A stretch of 64,000 bases of DNA from positions 34,038,001 through 34,102,000 of the forward strand of contig OZ365110.1 in assembly GCA_977030845.1 (NCBI GenBank). Reading direction: 5' to 3'. How positions within the stretch are numbered: position 1 is the first letter of the stretch; every line of letters starts with the position of its first letter. The position numbers and the translations under genes were made by a program. The notes beneath the pieces are model-generated. The model searched no databases. It had not been told where the DNA came from and saw only the letters and a program-made list of their open reading frames with translations. The DNA is from Fimbriosthenelais zetlandica. Its lineage: Eukaryota. Of the stretch, positions 38,000 to 50,400 are shown piece by piece.

Positions 38000-39562
38000 A
38001 TGGGGAAGGCCAGGAAAAAGAAGCATACTTTCCAGTATGAGAAGAACAGAAAGAAAGCTTGGAAGAAATCGAAGAAGCAAGTCACGATAGAATGGTATGT
38101 ACGAGTTTGAAGGTAGTGTTACATTGTTTCATCATCGAATGATCATCAACACACACGACTTCTTGTCTTGAGTGCCAAAAATTAATTCTAATACACACCA
38201 CTTCAAGCATTAGCCATTACATAAGCTACTCCACTAGTCTTTATTCTAATTTATTACAAAATATTATGGGGGAGATGCTATATCAGGGGACGAAATAGCC
38301 GGTGGCCAGAGGCCATACGATTTTAATTAATTGGTTCGAGAATCAAATGGCCCGGTTGCCATTTAAAAATTCTGATATTTATCATTGACCGCACTTTTTC
38401 GGCCTATTTGATTTTGACAATGGCCATTTGGTTTGGAGATCAAATGGCCCGATGGCTTTGTGAAAATTGTCTCTTATTTCGACCCCTGTATATTTTTCCT
38501 CATTCTCGAACATTTTTTTTTTCAGTGAACAGATTAAGGACGCCTGGGACTACAGAAAGTCGGTGGCCAAAAACATGAGTGACATGGGTCTATCAACCAA
38601 CGCCAACAAGACGCTAGCCATCCCTAAAGCTAAAGACATGGGCAAGAAAAAACAGGAGAAAATGTCCATAGATGAGGCGAAGAAGGTGGCCAAGAAACAG
38701 TTCGTCGTCGAGGGTGAGTTCCTGTTTCTTCTTCAACTAAAATTTGTTCCGTTTGAAAAAACAATCTGCTAGAATTGTCATACATGTACTAGGTATTTTC
38801 TTATTGTAACAGATTAACAAATTGGTGTAGAAAATCCAATCATAGAACTATTTATGGTCCAATGATATAATTATTTAAGAATGGTTGGCAAACTTTCGAA
38901 GTAACTTCTTTAACTTTTAAATGCTGTAACACTGTATTTTATATTTTAAATTAAATTGTTTCATATTTTATTTACAGAGCTAGTGGAGGAGGCAGCCCTA
39001 CCTGAGAAGAAGACGCTCACATTGTCAGAACCACTCGTTCAGTTCTGTGTTTATATGATGGAGAAATATGGCGAAGATTATACGGTAAGTTCTTTTCCCT
39101 TTATTTCAGGGTTCCCAGCACTTCGTGAAAACAGGATTTCCTGAGTAAGCCCTTAAATGCAAGGAGATATTTTAGTCATATTAAGCATTCCATGATTTAC
39201 ACTTTTTCTCAAATTCCCTGAGTTTTACCTGTCTGGGAAAAGTGGAACTCAATTTCCCTTATTTCCAGAGTCGCTGGGGACCCTGTTAAATAACAATTTA
39301 TTATTTTCTTTTCTCATTTCTTCCTCCAAAGCTGATACTCTTAGTTATGTTTTGGGGCATGTGCCGGTATTGGTGTTTCCCGTTGTCTGTTTCCAGTTTC
39401 TAATAAAGGAATTTATTTTTTAAACAGAAAATGGCGAGGGACAGGAGAAACCATTACCAAGAAACACCGAATCAAATCAAGAAGAAAATCAAGACATTTA
39501 AAAATATCCCAGAACAGTATGAAAAGTATCTAAAAAGCAAAACGACACCCATGGACCATTGA
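38000..39562 (+). CDS. NOP16: Nucleolar protein 16
   Basis: Exons 38000-38094, 38526-38713, 38978-39084, 39428-39562. Motifs: IKDAWD..KSV..NMSDMGL, MMEKYGEDY..MARD.RNHYQETP.QIKKKI..F. Confidence 0.93.
38284..38488. mobile_element. MITE in NOP16 intron 1; same family as 3993-4210
   Basis: TIR CAGGGGACGAAATA ... TATTTCGACCCCTG. Confidence 0.8.
39107..39285. mobile_element. hAT-like MITE in NOP16 intron 3
   Basis: TIR CAGGGTTCCCAGC ... GCTGGGGACCCTG with one mismatch. Confidence 0.6.
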
Positions 39563-40119
39563 CATTTATTGTTATGAAATAATCATTTATAAAATTATAT
39601 TACATTTATATTGCTGTTTAATTTTTTAAGATTTGATGAAAATGAAACTAAACTAGACTATAGGGAGTTGTAAGAAGATTCATCTGCATTATGAAAATAC
39701 ACAAAAAATACAGTCATTTAGAAAATACCGGTAATAAAACTCACAACATTTTATTTTATTTTTAAGTTTCTTTTAATATGGGAATCCCCGAAGACCTGGA
39801 TATTGGAGAATATATGTCACAGCCTTCGATACTTACAAGAGGTAAAGTTTATATATTCTATCAAACATATTACACCTGTTAGGTAGACTATATATATGGC
39901 AAACATTATGTTGATGAAAAATGTCAGATTTTTGGTTGACATTGTTTCTTTACATTGAATTTATTTAATTTTAGTATTTAATCCAAGCAATCAATGGCTT
40001 CATTGAATGTCACTAAAAATACCCGGCATAGGAAAATGATTTGATGAATTGTCGGTACCACGGTAACATGACATTTAAAATATTTAATTTCCATATAAAT
40101 AATTTGAGTCCTGGTTGAT

Positions 40120-41008
40120 TCAGAGCCGGGAATGTGATCGTAGGATCATAGAATGACTTGATCGTTGTAATGCTGAAGTCAACCTCATGTTATATTTCTC
40201 GTGTGTTCTCTGCAGGCTGGATTGTTGACCTGACTTGAGATTATATTTCTCATGGGTACGTTTTAGCGGGTACAGTCGTGTCTCTCTCCTCTGTCTATCT
40301 CCTCTCTGTCTCTCCCTCGTCTCGTGATCTGCCCGTAGGTTGTATTTCTCATGTGTACGGTGTAGGTGGTATTGGGTGGGCGGTGCGGGGGTTCGTTTCT
40401 TGGTTTGTCTCCCCCTGATTTTTCTTTTTCTCCCCTTGATACGTTGATCTAATTCACGTTTAGAGGAGACATAACTTCTGGTTTTACTTGTTGACCGTTT
40501 ACGACCTACAGAGGCTGAGCGGGGTCGGGTGCTGGCTTTCTTCACCTGGGCCTGGGGGAAAATTAGATCAATTAATATATAATATAAAGAAAAAGCGTAA
40601 ACATGTCATCTAGGAAAATTAAGCCAGGCTCACACTCAGTCACAGACACAGTCGTCAATATTGAAGAAAATTTTCATCTAATCCACAAAAAGTAATATAT
40701 TAATTATTATATTTAGATCTAGGTCAGGAGAAGAAAGTAGTAGTATTAATTATTAAAAGCTCGTCTGATCTAGACCGAGAGGCTCTGACTCGGCCGGCCC
40801 CGAGGAGGGCGCAGGGAGTGGATAGAGTTAGACTTAGAAGTTAGAGCATCTCGATCTAGCCTGATCTAAACCAAAAGTCCGAATTACTTCTTAATGTTAT
40901 TAATCATCAAGGAAATATTTCAAATTAATAACTCGCCTGTTTATTATTTTGTGATCCTGTGGATAGGCGCCGTTTATTAGAGGCTGACGCAGGTCTTCTC
41001 CTCGCCAT
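40120..41008 (-). CDS. Small highly basic (protamine-like/chromatin) protein, 167 aa, with three RTHEKYN[LM][RK] repeats
   Basis: Exon 41008-40937 (MARRRPASASNKRRLSTGSQNNKQ) ends at a CAG|GCGAGT donor (GC-AG intron). It joins in phase 0 to exon 40551-40120, which follows a ttcccccAG acceptor. About 30% Arg+Lys by hand count. Confidence 0.75.
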
Positions 41009-41329
41009 GATTCTATCAATGTATCATTCCCGCTTCTTCATCTGTCCCTAACTCTCATCATGGTAACAAAAACCCTGGCTACAAAAGCTGTGTCCATGGT
41101 TAACACAATGATCATCATGGCTAAATCAACAATCACCCACCATATTTACCATTACAGTACATTTTAATACACTTTAAAACTATTCATAATATTTTTTGAT
41201 AATCATTTTAATGTTATTTTGAACGTTAGCTTGAGTTGTCTGCTACTCGTTTATAAAATAATCCGGCTTGCGCGCCGTGAAGGGATTAGGGATGATTGCC
41301 GTCACGTGGGAAAGCGGTATCTAGGGAGG

Positions 41330-41342
41330 GTTGCTAGGCAAG
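41330..41342. promoter_or_regulatory. RFX X-box-like site in the promoter shared by the basic-protein gene and THEG
   Basis: GTTGCTAGGCAAG differs from the GTTGCyN(0-3)RGYAAC consensus only at the last base. It lies between divergent ATGs at 41008 and 41446. Confidence 0.55.
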
Positions 41343-41445
41343 CTTTACAGTATAGGAGCGCCGTCCCGCGCCTCCACCACACTCCCGCCAAGCTACGACT
41401 TCCTCCACTCAAACTGATTTAATATATACACAGGGACAAACTGCA

Positions 41446-44400
41446 ATGACACAAGGTAAGCACGCTTGTATATGTTACGTTTCAACTGTATTTCTATGAT
41501 TTTATTAATATTAGCATATATGATCGGCCCCTTCTAGTAAATCTAGGGTTACACAGACTCCACCGAGCGGCCTGTTAGGCTGGATACTCTATCTAGGCCT
41601 ACTATCTAGTATCTATGATTTTATAAGTTTCAAGAATGGAAGAGGATCGTTGTCTCAAATTAGAAGACTGTCAATGTCATGTCACATGTGTAGAGAGTTA
41701 TAGCAAAGATAGTGGAAAGAAAATAATGGTTTCCTTCATACAATCGTCCTTTCTTTTCTTGATCTTGAAAACACTTGCCCCATTGAGTCTGAGATTACTG
41801 AAAAGACCACTTGTGACTTGGTCTATGACTATGTTATGAACTTGTAACTTGTTCAATGAGTGAGTTGCATTTCATAGGCCGAGGCTAACTAGGCCTAGAC
41901 TCACTATACTTATGATACAAATTACAAGTTCCAACCTTGCTCCATAAACCAATCTAATCCATTTTATAACATACATAGCCTAGACCTAGTCTGTGCCTTA
42001 GCTCCTATTAGTAACAGTTTAATAATTATTATGATTTTTTCGTTTTATGCACAAGGCTGGTAAGAGTTCACGCAAATAGGAAATCATAATTAGATCTATA
42101 GGTTTTTTCCCCTCTCATTCATGCAGATAAATACAGAATAAAGCCATTTACGATTTAGTTGGAATAGATAAATCTCCGCCAGTGTATTCGTGATAAACCA
42201 AGTGCAGGAAGTATTTTGTGAGAGATTTCTATCATCACTTTCAAGATAAGATGGGAGTATGAAAGATGAATTAGGGAAGTTTGTGTGCCAGAAACTTGTT
42301 CCCAGACCCCTACTCCCTAGTGTAGGCATATGGCCTACATCATACATGCATGGGGCACTAATTCTAATCGGAGTCAAAATCTAATTAATAAGCATATTGG
42401 TTCTACATATCGTATGATAGCGAAATTTAATTTTTCAAAAGTAAGAAATGGCTATACTTTGCACGGATCTGATTCCCCGGTATTTTAATGATGAAAGCTT
42501 ATCCAGTATAATAGCTTTAATGTAGCTTTCAAAGCTCATTACCTTAGCCCCAGGTGTGCCAGCCACCCCACGCACCTAATAAATAAGTATTAGTTTTCAC
42601 AATAGGATTATTTACATTCCCTTTACCTGCTTTAGCCTTAGGTAGATGGTATTAAAAACATTGGTTAAAAAAACAAAACCCCATTATTTTATTGAATGCT
42701 GACCACTACAGTACAGGGTGTCTATTGTATCCCTGGTGATCGGTAATATTATTTTCTTTATGATTGTAATGTCCTCTGAAGCCCTGTGTGTGGCGGGGGG
42801 GGGGCTAGTTCTGAGCTAAATCCTCCATACCAACTCAGCATGGTGAAAATCAAGTGCAAACCTGAATTAAAATTAGACCTATAAAAGACACAAATGAACT
42901 CATTACAATACTCCACGAAATCCAAATCATTAACTTTAACCCGAGTGAAAACTCACCCTGGAGTTCCTAGAAATATAACTTAGGGGTTATTTGTAATATT
43001 GGCTAGTTTGATAATGAAATTAACTCATTAAGACTTTAAGTACCATTGCATAATCTGTTATGCTATCTAGATATGAAATGGGAACCAAGTTATTTAATCA
43101 GGGTAATAGAGATAAGGTTTTCTATTACTTCTAAACTATATTAAGTAATAGACATTGTAATGGAAACATTCGCCTTAAACCATAGGCCCTAGGGGGATGT
43201 GACTCAGACTTGTGAGTTTACTTGAGATAATATTATCATAATCATAGGTCAAAACTCTTGTATATCGTTTGACTTATTTTATTCTCCTAGCCTAACTCAA
43301 TACATTTGGTTGGCTTTTTTTCTGAATGGGTTGTTTAGAAGACCAAATATTATATTTATCTCTATTTTATACAAAATTGACCAAGATTGACAAGAAACTC
43401 ACAAATTTCCCAGGTCTCTCTTTTTGTTGGTGTAGGGTACATATATTGGTTAAATATTTTCGCTAGAACAGACTAGGATATGAGTACTTTCTATTATACA
43501 CCTGAAATATGTAGTTGGTATTTCCAGCCACATTAATAATAGATTAATTTGAACTAAACTGACATCGTCTGTGTATATATTATGGCAGGTTCTAATTTGT
43601 TCATTTGGAACCTGTTCAACTCATAATAGACTCCCACACCGGGGAATAATAAGGCTCTTATACAATCTACACCTTTACACTTGGCACTATAGTTCCAATC
43701 CACACATGTTTCACTATTCGGGAGTAATAAGTGCAACTTAGGTATTAAATTCTAAGGCCTACATGTTTCAACATTGCCTCCCTTTCTTAGGCCAAGAATC
43801 CAGGCCAGAAGTATATATCCCTAAGAAAATATATATCGATATCTGTGTCTTAACAAACGAATATAAAAATGATTTTTTACTTTATTTTTATCTTACAATG
43901 TCCATTGTTACTGTTAGAAAACTAAATATACGGTCCACAAAAATACTTTCTTTTTTATTTTTTTTTGGTGGGGGGGGGGGGGGGGGGGTTAAGATACTTT
44001 TATCAAAAATTCCAATTGTGAATTCCAACTTTTCAATTGATGTTGGCCTCATCATGTCCATAGCAAAGTATCTAGACCCAAATCCCTTATTATATATGTA
44101 TATATCATAAATTTATTGCCAATTCCTTAATAATACTCAATTTCATCGTGCCTTACTGTTCCCATAGGTAACAGGATTTTAGAATGGACGCTTGTGGTCA
44201 TTATTAGCAATGTTTCACTGAGTACTGGATTATATTAGCCTCTGTAGATCTCTGTAGATCTCTGTAGGCCCAGGCTTCAGGCCCAGGCTTCATACTTTTA
44301 TCAAAAATTCCAATTGTGAATTCCAACTTTTCAATTGATGTTGGCCTCATCATGTCCATAGCAAAATATCTATCTAGACCCAAATCCCTTATTATTATAT

Positions 44401-47400
44401 ATATATCATAAATTTATTGCCAATTCCTTAATAATACTCAATTTCATCGTGCCTTACTGTTCCCATAGGTAACAGGATTTTAGAATGGACGCTTGTGGTC
44501 ATTATTAGCAATGTTTCACTGAGTACTGGATTATATTAGCCTCTGTAGATCTCTGTAGGCCCAGGCTTCATGTTGTAGAACTGTTGCAGTCATAACATTC
44601 CTGTTCTAAGTTAATACGGACCAAAGGTGCAACAGCTACAAGTCAAGTCATACAATGGAGTCTGCCAGTGAGTCAGACGTGTGCCCTCCCTCACTTTACT
44701 TTAATATTATGTTTTTTTCTTCTTATTATTAATAAATATATATTGATCTTGTTTTTAATCAATCCCGAAACAACTCTTTTTTTTAATTCATTATCTTTAT
44801 TCAGGCGGTGAGTAAAGCCAAACAACTGTTGGGATTAAAATACTCTGCCTGCCACGCAAACAAATTAAAAACAGTAACAAAAAGTAGAAAGATACAGGCA
44901 TTAGTCAATTTTCACATACATTAACAACAAGAGGAAAAATAGACGAGGAGATGAGATGGGATGAGGGGTGATAGACATGCAGATCATCAGATTATTTAGT
45001 GAGAACAGAAGATGCTTTTCGATGTATCATATAAGCTTTGGTAGTATCGTTTAACCTCCAGTTTGAAGGAGGCAGTCATGTTGACTTCTAACATAACCAG
45101 GCAATGCATTCCAAGTATTTGGACCAACATAAGGGATGGTAGTCTTGAACCGTTCAGATCTAGGAAAAGGAATCTTAAGAACAGTGAGGTCATGATATCC
45201 TCTAGACATTTGCCTACAGTCAACAATTTCCGGATCATCCCTATAGTGAGACATGAGCTTAGCAATTTCAATCTCTCTTCAGTATGACAATGGTAAAACT
45301 CGCATGTCATCATGTAACTTATTGACATTCGATTCGACCTATTATCAAATTTTAGACATAAACGAAGAGCTCGATTATATAGTTTCTGTAGCTTGTCAAG
45401 TGTTCTAGCGGATGATGAACAGGTGAAAACATTACCATTATCAAACAAAGGAAGAAGCATTGATTTAAAGAGAATTTTTGCACAGTTTTTAGTGTTAAAT
45501 ATTTCCTAAATAAACCAACGGTATGCAATCTGCTACCTTTTTGAAGATTTTTTTGGAATGATTTTCAAAATTGGTATTATTTTCAACAATAATTCAAGTC
45601 GAAACAATTTGTAGAAGGAAACCAAGATGAAAGACATGTATCTGGATTGTTTGAATTGATATTATTTTTTTTTCGAGTGATTAGGTACTTTTAAATCCGA
45701 ATTTCCATTTCTACTTTCCTTATCAAGAAAGTTCAAAAGAAAAGTTGTCTATGCATAAAACGTTACTGTGTGACCTCCTACTCCTAATCCCCCGACAGAA
45801 TTTCCTTTAAAAATGGGTGCAAATAACGTTTATTTAAACTTCCTTTCTCCACTTCATTTAATCTTTATCAAAAACATTTTGAGACAAAGGTAGTACATAG
45901 GTAATCTAGGTAGCATATCAATCAACGAGTTTGAGATTCCCATTTACTTATAGATATTTAAAGCTGCACTGTTTATCAGGATGAGTTTTATTAATGTTTC
46001 AGCAAAGCTTATCAGTATTTAATGATTTCCCCTTTTTTTCTTGTTTCAGTGCAAAGTCAAATCCCCACCGGGACTGGAAGGTAAGAATCTTTCTCACCTA
46101 CTTGCCAAATGTATTGAATTGGTATTAGGCAATATGTGCATGTTCATTTGTAGATGAGCAGTACTGCCAGCTCACGACCAAAACATTTACCTGTCAACAT
46201 CATAATCTACATGTAAACTGTTTAATTAAATTTTGTTTTATTGTGATTGGCAGAGAGAGGCTGGTTCAGCTGTCTCAACCAAAAGAAAGGAAAATGATCT
46301 GGATCACAAGTTGTGGGTATGTATCTATCTTTCATTATCAATAAATGTTTAGTTTATGACACTTTTGAATCATTATTACACATATCGGTGAGTATAGACA
46401 CATAATTTTAATTATTTAAAAGTTAGGCATTTTATTTGATGTACACTTTTCTTATAAATTTCATACAAAAGTTTCAATATTAGCCCATTATCGGAATAGC
46501 TAACAGATAGATTGCAGGATTAAGAATCTCGAAACAATAAATTATTATGTAAAATTTATGTAATATTTAGTACCGTAGTAATATGGTTCAGCACACATTA
46601 ATACATGTACATTTTCACTCGTTCCGTTCACTTGCACAGAATTGCATTTAACATTCTCATTTTGAACTACCCTTATTTATTATTAGCGATTACGCCATGA
46701 ATAATTATTAAAAGCGCACAGGGAATTGGATATATAAAATCTGTAAAAACGGAATAAATTTATACATTATGGTGTGGAACGATTGTCATACGTGCTGGGC
46801 ATATGGTACAGGAGATTGAAGTTGGGATATAATATATCAAGACCAATCTTGTGACATTATATGTTCCTCCCGAATAAATATAGATTACATGCATTAAGAA
46901 TTACAAAAAGTGTATAATTAAAATTGAATAAATGTTAACTCGCGTGTAGAGGGTCGGAGGAGATTCTGCGATCATTTGAGGATCAGCGGTGGAATGTCTA
47001 CACGGGTTTTGATCTCAGGTATTCACCTGCTGTATATACATCCAGCATGCCCGAGTGATCCCTACATATTAAAATATAAAATTATTAAAATAAAATTTTT
47101 AAAAATACCATAAAAAAACAACCCATGTAACCCAAATACCCAAATGGCTAGACTAAAAACAATATTTCTGAAGAAACCAACCAATCTTTGTTCTCAGAAT
47201 AATTATTTTGTAATAATGTTACCACTTTTATTGGTCGATAATATTCCATAAAGAATCTAATACTTTCGTGATTGTAACCAAATTGCCCTTTGATCCTAAT
47301 AAATATTCTTCCAAACACTAGACCATATTTTAAAACTATTTACCCCCCAAAATGTAAAATTTTATTTTGTTTTATACTAAGATAATTATATTAACGTTTT

Positions 47401-50400
47401 GCTATAATTACTATCAGTTGAATTATAAGCCAAATAGATGAAATTTGGGACAGAAAATTCAAATAATTTATTTCTATTTTCCATTTCATTTATCTTTATT
47501 TCCCTGGCTGCCATTCTCACATTTTTTGTTCAAGTTTTTTTTCCCTGGCTACGCTTATGCTTTATACGGAGTGCACTTTTGGAATAATCGTTTAAGTTTA
47601 AGTAACATTATATTTTGTATCAGAATTATATTGATTAAATTAAATTATTTAAAACTACATTTTTTTTGTATATGAAGTGATGGAAAGAACAGAAAGATGG
47701 GGGAGGCAAATCCTCCCGAGTAAGTACACTCAATCTTGGGACAACTTCACGATTTCTTTTAAATAAAATGTGGAGCACTTTATTATTCACTGTGGCACTA
47801 TTGGACCCTTTTTCAGTGAACGTTTGTTTACATGCACATTTCAATGCAAATTATTTACAACATAATTATGTGTGCCCCTTGAGATCGATCGGGATAATTT
47901 ACAACAAAAGTGAATTCTCAAAACTAAATACCTCAAAGTTGCAGCTCCATTTCCATTCGATTATTAGCGATCTTATACGATTATCTGCTAGCCAACTGGC
48001 CTTTGTGCAATTCCAACTTTATAATGAGATTTACAAATTAAAAATAGTAGCTTGCAATATAGTTATGGCTTATAGAAAAATTAGCTCAGCTGTTGGTGTA
48101 ACAAAGTGTGTACATCCCCACATTAAACATTTAAAAAACAACATTTATTTAATAGAAATTGCCTGAAATAGTAATGACTTTGTTATTACTTTGAAACTTG
48201 GAAATTTAATGTGTCAGAATGTGTATCAGATTTTGTATAATTTTTGTCAGGTATAAATACATAACTTTTATGTTCAATGATAAGTGGAATCTTTGGTCGG
48301 TTGGTGGACATGTTATTGATTCATTTTATTACAGACGCCTCGAAAGCAATAGTTACATTCTGATTCTTATTTTCATCATGATATAAACATACTAATTAAT
48401 ATCCTACATCGTGTTACATGTTTATTTCGATTGTATATTGGTGTTAATTTAATTTATTATTTTTATTAGCCCACGTGTCACATGGGGGACCCAGGAAACT
48501 TTATGGCCAATCAACGGTGGCGCTCTCAATGCTAAAGCCACTGAGCGAGTTATCGGCCTGGCCACGCCCAAAAAGAACTTCCAGACGGGCCACAATATTA
48601 ACAGGTGAGTCACAAGAAAGGGGGCATGGCTTCAAACTGTCACTCATAATTAGACACACCCCAAAGCAACCTAGAGTGTGTTCATTATTCGTGCATGTAG
48701 AAAGTCCTGAAATGTAAAATTTTAAATTTGGGTTCTAGACTCAGGGTATAGTAGTGTCATTGCCAAAGGGGTCAGGGTTGAAAGGGTTAAAGAATACATG
48801 TACATGAGAATACCCAGAAAAAGGGAAATGTTTTTTCTCAGTCCTTGATACATCTTTTACTGGTACGTAGTCCTAGTGTACATATAAATGATTGTAATTG
48901 TAACTTTTTCATCTAAATTTAACCCATAATAGAAGGCCTTCTATACAGTTATGTAACAATGGTCAGCAAGTGACAAACAACTGTGTCCAATTTATTGTCT
49001 GGGCCTGTGCAATTACGTCTGGATAATGCCCATGATTTTTGAAGGTGACGCCTTTGAAAATATAATATATAAAAATTATTGATTCATTTGGCTAATGAAT
49101 CAAAATAAGAAGAGCCCAGATTAAAATAATTAGATCCACAAATAGTGCGGCGATGTGGAGGGCATTGTATAATTTTAAAATGTTTGTATGATTCGACTAC
49201 CTGTTCACTCTGGCGGGTCTTCGTGGGGTTATATATACCAACACATCGAGTGATATTCATATGCAAGCCTCTTTTAGTCACTAGCGTTATTTTAAAAATA
49301 ATTTTACTTTCTAGACTAGTATACAGTAGGAATCTCTCTATTAGGTAAGACTGTCCTGGTAATGATGTAATTGGGGTTTAAATGTTTGCAATCCCTCCTC
49401 TCCTGTCATATTAACAAGTGGACAATGTTTATAATTGTTTTTAATCGAGTTTAATACCAGTTAGGCGATCAATCAGGGCGTGCCTCTAGGCTCAGATTCA
49501 CTCATTAGGAGCCTGTTTCAAAAGGAATATTAGCAATGTTAAATCTATGGTTAATATTCATTTTAAAAACAGGCTCCAGGTGTTTGCGTTAACGTGCCTA
49601 TACTTGCATGTCTAGGCATACGTAAAATGTGTTCCCTCATGCATTTAGTGTCACATATGTATGAAGCTTAGATCGATGTCAGATCGGGACCCGATTGCCT
49701 TATTCTTCAGATTTGTACGATTCGTCAGATAGAATAGTTCAGATCTTCAAAATATGATTGCCCTGCACTCAGTATTGCGATAGACAACTTAAGATTATAG
49801 CAGTTATGATAGGCTATGCCCAACATTTAGCCACAATCAAATTGATAAAATCTATTCAAAGTATTCAGATTTGAGTAAAATGAATTTTCCCTATCGCATT
49901 TGAATATTAACTGCAATCTATAGAGTATAGTACTAGTTTTATGCCTGGCTTTATGGCGGGTACACACGAGTTTACTTTAACTCCAAGTAGGTTCATAATC
50001 TTTAATCTTAGATAAATCTCTGAGGTGGAATTAGAGGATTTAGCCACTAATGCATGCCCCTGTATGCTCATAGGATTACCTATACATGTACGTATAATCC
50101 TCTATATTAATTCTTTTTTTCTCAGAATCAGAATTAATATCATTGTTTAAGCCCACCGTCCTTTGTGTTGGTCATTTAGAACTAAAAACAAGTAGAAAGC
50201 AATGAGTAAAGAAACCAAGTTTGGACCTAACAGAAATGGAAAACAATCAGTAAAGAAACCGGTTTTCATCTAAAAACAAGTGGAAAGCTATCAGTAAAGA
50301 AACCAGATTAGGATCTAAGTACAAATGGAAAGAAACTTGGTTTGAATATAAAACACGTGGTAAAGTAATCAGTAAGGAAACCAGTTTTGGATTGTAAATG

